The notes under the pieces were generated by a model. The model made no database searches. It was not told where the DNA came from and was given only the letters and a program-made list of their open reading frames with translations. From assembly GCF_964355755.1 (NCBI RefSeq), contig NC_092673.1, positions 26,905,648 through 26,969,647 of the forward strand: a stretch of 64,000 nucleotides of DNA, written 5' to 3'. Position 1 is the first letter of the stretch. Every line of letters begins with the position of its first letter. Positions 59,997 to 64,000 of this stretch are shown here, in pieces. Both the position numbers and the translations under genes were made by a program. Source of the stretch: Antedon mediterranea (Eukaryota; Animalia; Echinodermata).

Positions 59997-61637
59997 ACTT
60001 TTTATTGGTTATCCGCAACGAAGTTGCAGGATAACCTCTTGTGATTGTACGAAATCATCTTTTTTTAGTTATCCGCTTAGTAGCGGATAACTCCTTGTGA
60101 TTGTAGTGGATCAATATTTTTTTTTTTCTGTATTATTCTTATTTCTTTCCCATTTTTTTGTGAGTCACGTTTCTCTAAAATGTGTAAACATAACATTTTA
60201 TAACTTTGACAACATGTGGGCATTTACGTGAAGTTGTGCATCTCCTATTTTGAATGACGTCAGAGTTGCGCAACGTGACTTGCGCGCGATTTTATGATTT
60301 TTAATGATTGATCATAGCTTAAAATCCAAGAGTAATTTTTTTTTTACCCTTTGTGAAAATTTAAGTCATATCAAGGGCAAACTGTTAGTGCACTAAAAAT
60401 GGCATGTTTTACAAAAAGTTACGCGTGCACGCGCATTTAAAATTTCAAAATGCGCAAAATTAATTTCTAATCAACTTTCTACGCGTTTCATGTCATTTTA
60501 AGCATGTAAAAAATTCCCACGCGTGCGCACATTTTTACGTGTGCGGTGCGCACGTAGCATTAAAGACATATTTTTTTCGAGTGATTTATGTTTTTCCAGC
60601 CTTTTATAGTAATTTTACCAACTTTTAAACACTTTCGACTTAAAGTTACGTCATACGAGCACGTCGAATTGGACAATTTGCGCACGTTTTTGATGAAAAA
60701 GTACAAAAATTTGTCAAAATTATGCCTTTTTTTAAACAGTCGTAATTTCTAAACTACACGGTCAACTTTTTGTGGATGACATATTCCGGAAGTAGATGAG
60801 TTGTAGATATCGGATCATGTATTAATATGGCTAACCGGACATTTTAACGTCATCGTATGGCCACGCGAATATAAAATTGAGGATTTTTGTATCTTTCGTC
60901 ATAGCTCATCACATTTAATAGAGCGCATCTCCACTTATCCATTTTCACCCCGATTTTGATATTTTCTAGGTCAATCAACTATCTTTCGCATGAGTTAAAA
61001 ATATTTTAATTATTATGACGTCATCATGCCTAAAAATTTAAATTACATGTGGCATTAATTTCATCTTTACAGAAAATTTTAATCTGTTTTAGCTCGTAAG
61101 AATAAAATATGATAATCACGATTAAAACGTTTTCTGGAAGCTATTGGATTGTAGATACAAAATCATGTAAAAATTTGGCAAATCGGATGTTGTGACGTCA
61201 TCATATGGCCAGTTAAATAAAAAAAGTCGTATTTTCATATTTTGCGTCATAGTTCATTACATTTAAAAGAGCACGCATTAATATTTTACGTATTTAAATT
61301 TCTTCTACACGGTAATATGTTGGTGCTGAGATAATTTCCTTCCAAAATTGCTATATCAGTGTTTCATTTTCATACCGTCACCATGTTAAAAATTGCAATA
61401 AATAGTGGGTCCCGTAATTTCACCTATTCTACACTGTATTAATATGTATACAGATTATACTGTGTATACTATATGACAGAAAATTGACAGAATTCAGCAC
61501 CAACAACATATCATATTCTTCAGTTCATGTCATAATGCCATAATCTTTTTCTGTGTGCCATATACCAACGTATGACGTGCACGTGGCGTTTGTCGTGCGG
61601 ATAACTAACTCGTCAAAGTGACGAGTTACATGTCTAG
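55462..61637 (+). mobile_element. Nested cluster of non-autonomous Helentron-type (HINE/DINE-1-like) elements, about 1.35-1.6 kb each
   Basis: 5' hairpin GTTATCCGC...GGATAAC plus (CAT)n; 3' subTIR GCGGATAAC, stem-loop AACTCGTCA-AAG-TGACGAGTT, CTAG|T end (56812, 58482, 61637); copies 55462-56812, 56889-58482, 56813-56888 plus 58483-59833, about 60060-61637; extra heads 59834-60059. Confidence 0.8.
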
Positions 61638-62606
61638 TTAAAAATTCCATTCTGTGGTTTGGTCGATTTTGGTAGTGGGCGAGCAATTAAATACATTGAT
61701 TTTGACCGAGGATATGATTGTGCTGAGGTGGGCGGGAACAAACTTCAAAGACTTTCACTAACCGGTACTGACGTACCTATTTTAGTACCGTAGCTTAGGG
61801 AAAATTATGTGGTACATGTTAATTCAAACAAAAACGAAACAAATTGGTCCAACGGTTTTAGGAGCGAGACGTAATCAAAATTAGGCGCGTAAAGTCTCTG
61901 CGTTTCTGCGTTCAAAACTTCGATATAGATACCTTTATTAAGTTCATTATAAATATTTCCATGCAGCAACATTGCTTATTAATAAACGGATCGCTAAAGA
62001 TATCAGAAGCAAAAGCTTGGAATAAGATCCCCCTGTAAAAATTCAACAAAGTTTGTCTGTAAATAGTTTTAAAATTAATTATAAAAAGCATTTCTTAAAA
62101 AAATTGTGTTTCCCACGTATTATTATTAACGTTAATTTTTATATTTTTTCTATTTAATTTGTTATCAATCAATCAATCAAAGTAACATGTATTTCTCTTC
62201 TTCTCTTTCATAGAATATAAAAATTAACAGTAAATATGATTAAAATAAGAGGGGCAACATTCCAAAAATGCGAAGCTTGTATAAGGCAGCCCATAAAAAC
62301 TGAAAAAAAAAAAACAGGACAACACGGGAACCATGAAAAACAGAAATTTTGTTGATCTTTTCTTTTCTGAATTATGTTATCCTGCCTAAATATGTTTTAA
62401 TAAAAAAACATGCTGTATTGTTTTCCTTTTTTCCCCCAAGTTGTATGAACTAATAACTTATTTAATACATAATGCTATCAACTTATTCAACTGTGGTTCA
62501 CCCTTAACGTCACGCACCATCTGAATTTGGTAAATGGTTTGACAATTTCTATATAATGATACCCTAAGGTGACGAAGGTGTAATTGCTTGTTCTCACGTT
62601 CATTAA

Positions 62607-62929
62607 AGATGTATTGTCCCCCAAAAACATGAAATGAAGATTAATTAAATCAGACAATTATGTTACAAAATGTTATTTTGTAGTTTTAATTAAGTTTGGC
62701 CTAATCACTTCCATAGAAGTTTTCTCTTAAATGGTTAATTTCAACCAAAAATTCATTGGCTGACAGCCAATTTGACCATTTTTTGCTTTAAATTACATTT
62801 TTTCAGGTAAATACTTTTTTTTTCGATCAAATTTTTGGTCAAAGTAGATAACTATTATGTTAAATTAAAATGGAATATTCAACAAAAAATGTTTTATTGA
62901 ATTATTTTTTCAGGGGGGACAATACATCT
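62607..62929. mobile_element. Kolobok-like MITE
   Basis: TTAA on both flanks; perfect 16-bp TIR AGATGTATTGTCCCCC. Confidence 0.8.
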
Positions 62930-64000
62930 TTAAACGCTTTTTAAAGTTAATAACATGAATTCAAATCTCAACAGTTTTTTTCAGAACTAATATACGTGGT
63001 GTACCGCACACTTTATATCAACATGAATTACATTTTTATTGGTGGCACACCTCCGTGATTAAGCAAAGCTTTATATAGCTAAGCGTATTGATTTTTAATT
63101 CACTTATTAGGCTACCAACAATAAAAATATGATTAAATATAGGATTAACCTCATTCGGATCATGGATTATTATTTTGTATCATATTATTACCTTCCTACG
63201 GGAAATTAATAGCTCAAACCTCATAAAATGTATTAGCTGTACAGATATTCTAGCTCCTGAGCCAGAATTCGTGTTGTTTTGCAGGGCTTAAATAATGCCG
63301 GGTTAAGAGGACAGATTCAGTCCTATTTTAATGTACCGTCGTGTAGGCATATATAACGAGTTATTAAGGCCTACTTTACTTTCTCAAGTTTAATTTCAAA
63401 ATTGGCCTTACCTTTGCTTATCAAATATGATCATAGATAAGAGGGGAGAGAGCGGAAAGAAAGAACGCAAGAAAGAAAGAAAGAAAGAAAGAAGGAAGGA
63501 AAAGACACAGCGCGTTGAAGTCTACCTTAATCTTATGTATAAATCAATATAAGTTACCATAAGTCAAGGTCTGTACAATATTATTTTAGGATAAAATTGT
63601 TGACACAATGCATTTCCTTCATCAAAATTAGTTGACACGGTGATACCGACAATTTTAGAAATGTAATTATTGGATCTCCCCTTTAAACCAGATTGTGACG
63701 TCACGTGGTCAGTGACGAAAAACATGTAAAAAAAAAGAATGTCACCCACAATAGATAAACTGATCCAAAAATAGCGTGTCCAAAAATTAAGTTTGACTTA
63801 AGTGGTTTCAAAAGTCATCAACGATATTCTTTAATATGATAATCTCATAATCGGATAATCATAATAGTATTGTTAGAGAAATAATTGTGGTGAAAGTTCC
63901 GAATCAGGTAAAGTAGAATAAAGTAAGGACTAACAAACTATGTATGTAACCTTCGCAGGAATTATTATCACGTTTCAGCGGTGTGCTGGGTATGTAGAAG

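Noticed and set aside
63564-63749. Possible terminal exon on the minus strand
   Set aside because: No convincing splice acceptor or recognisable domain; cannot be supported from this window.

Overview
AT-rich eukaryotic DNA dominated by transposable elements; no prokaryotic operons, rRNA genes or CRISPR arrays. A marine invertebrate, possibly an echinoderm, is my inference from the TE repertoire only. The first 15 kb hold two full-length Ty3/gypsy LTR retrotransposons with the Gmr1-type order Gag(SCAN-like)-PR-IN-RT-RH. Element 1 (240-6282) is intact with one 1529-aa ORF; element 2 (8993-14886) is disabled and has a solo LTR relative at 25821-26268. Downstream are a 32-bp minisatellite, an internally deleted Sola3-like DNA transposon carrying a nested Harbinger derivative, many MITEs, a 52/53-bp satellite with a 1989-bp tandem duplication, a nested Harbinger complex containing a 1.3-kb palindrome, and a nested cluster of Helentron-type non-autonomous elements (55.4-61.6 kb). 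One small host gene is reasonably supported: a spliced, secreted 103-aa protein on the minus strand (55071->50834). A neuropeptide-precursor-like exon (48403->48199) is more speculative. The most unusual signals are 35-48 bp hairpin 'micro-transposons' with 7-bp TSDs and a covarying ACA-loop hairpin at the same position before the PPT in both retrotransposons. All family assignments are from motif recognition by eye, not database searches.
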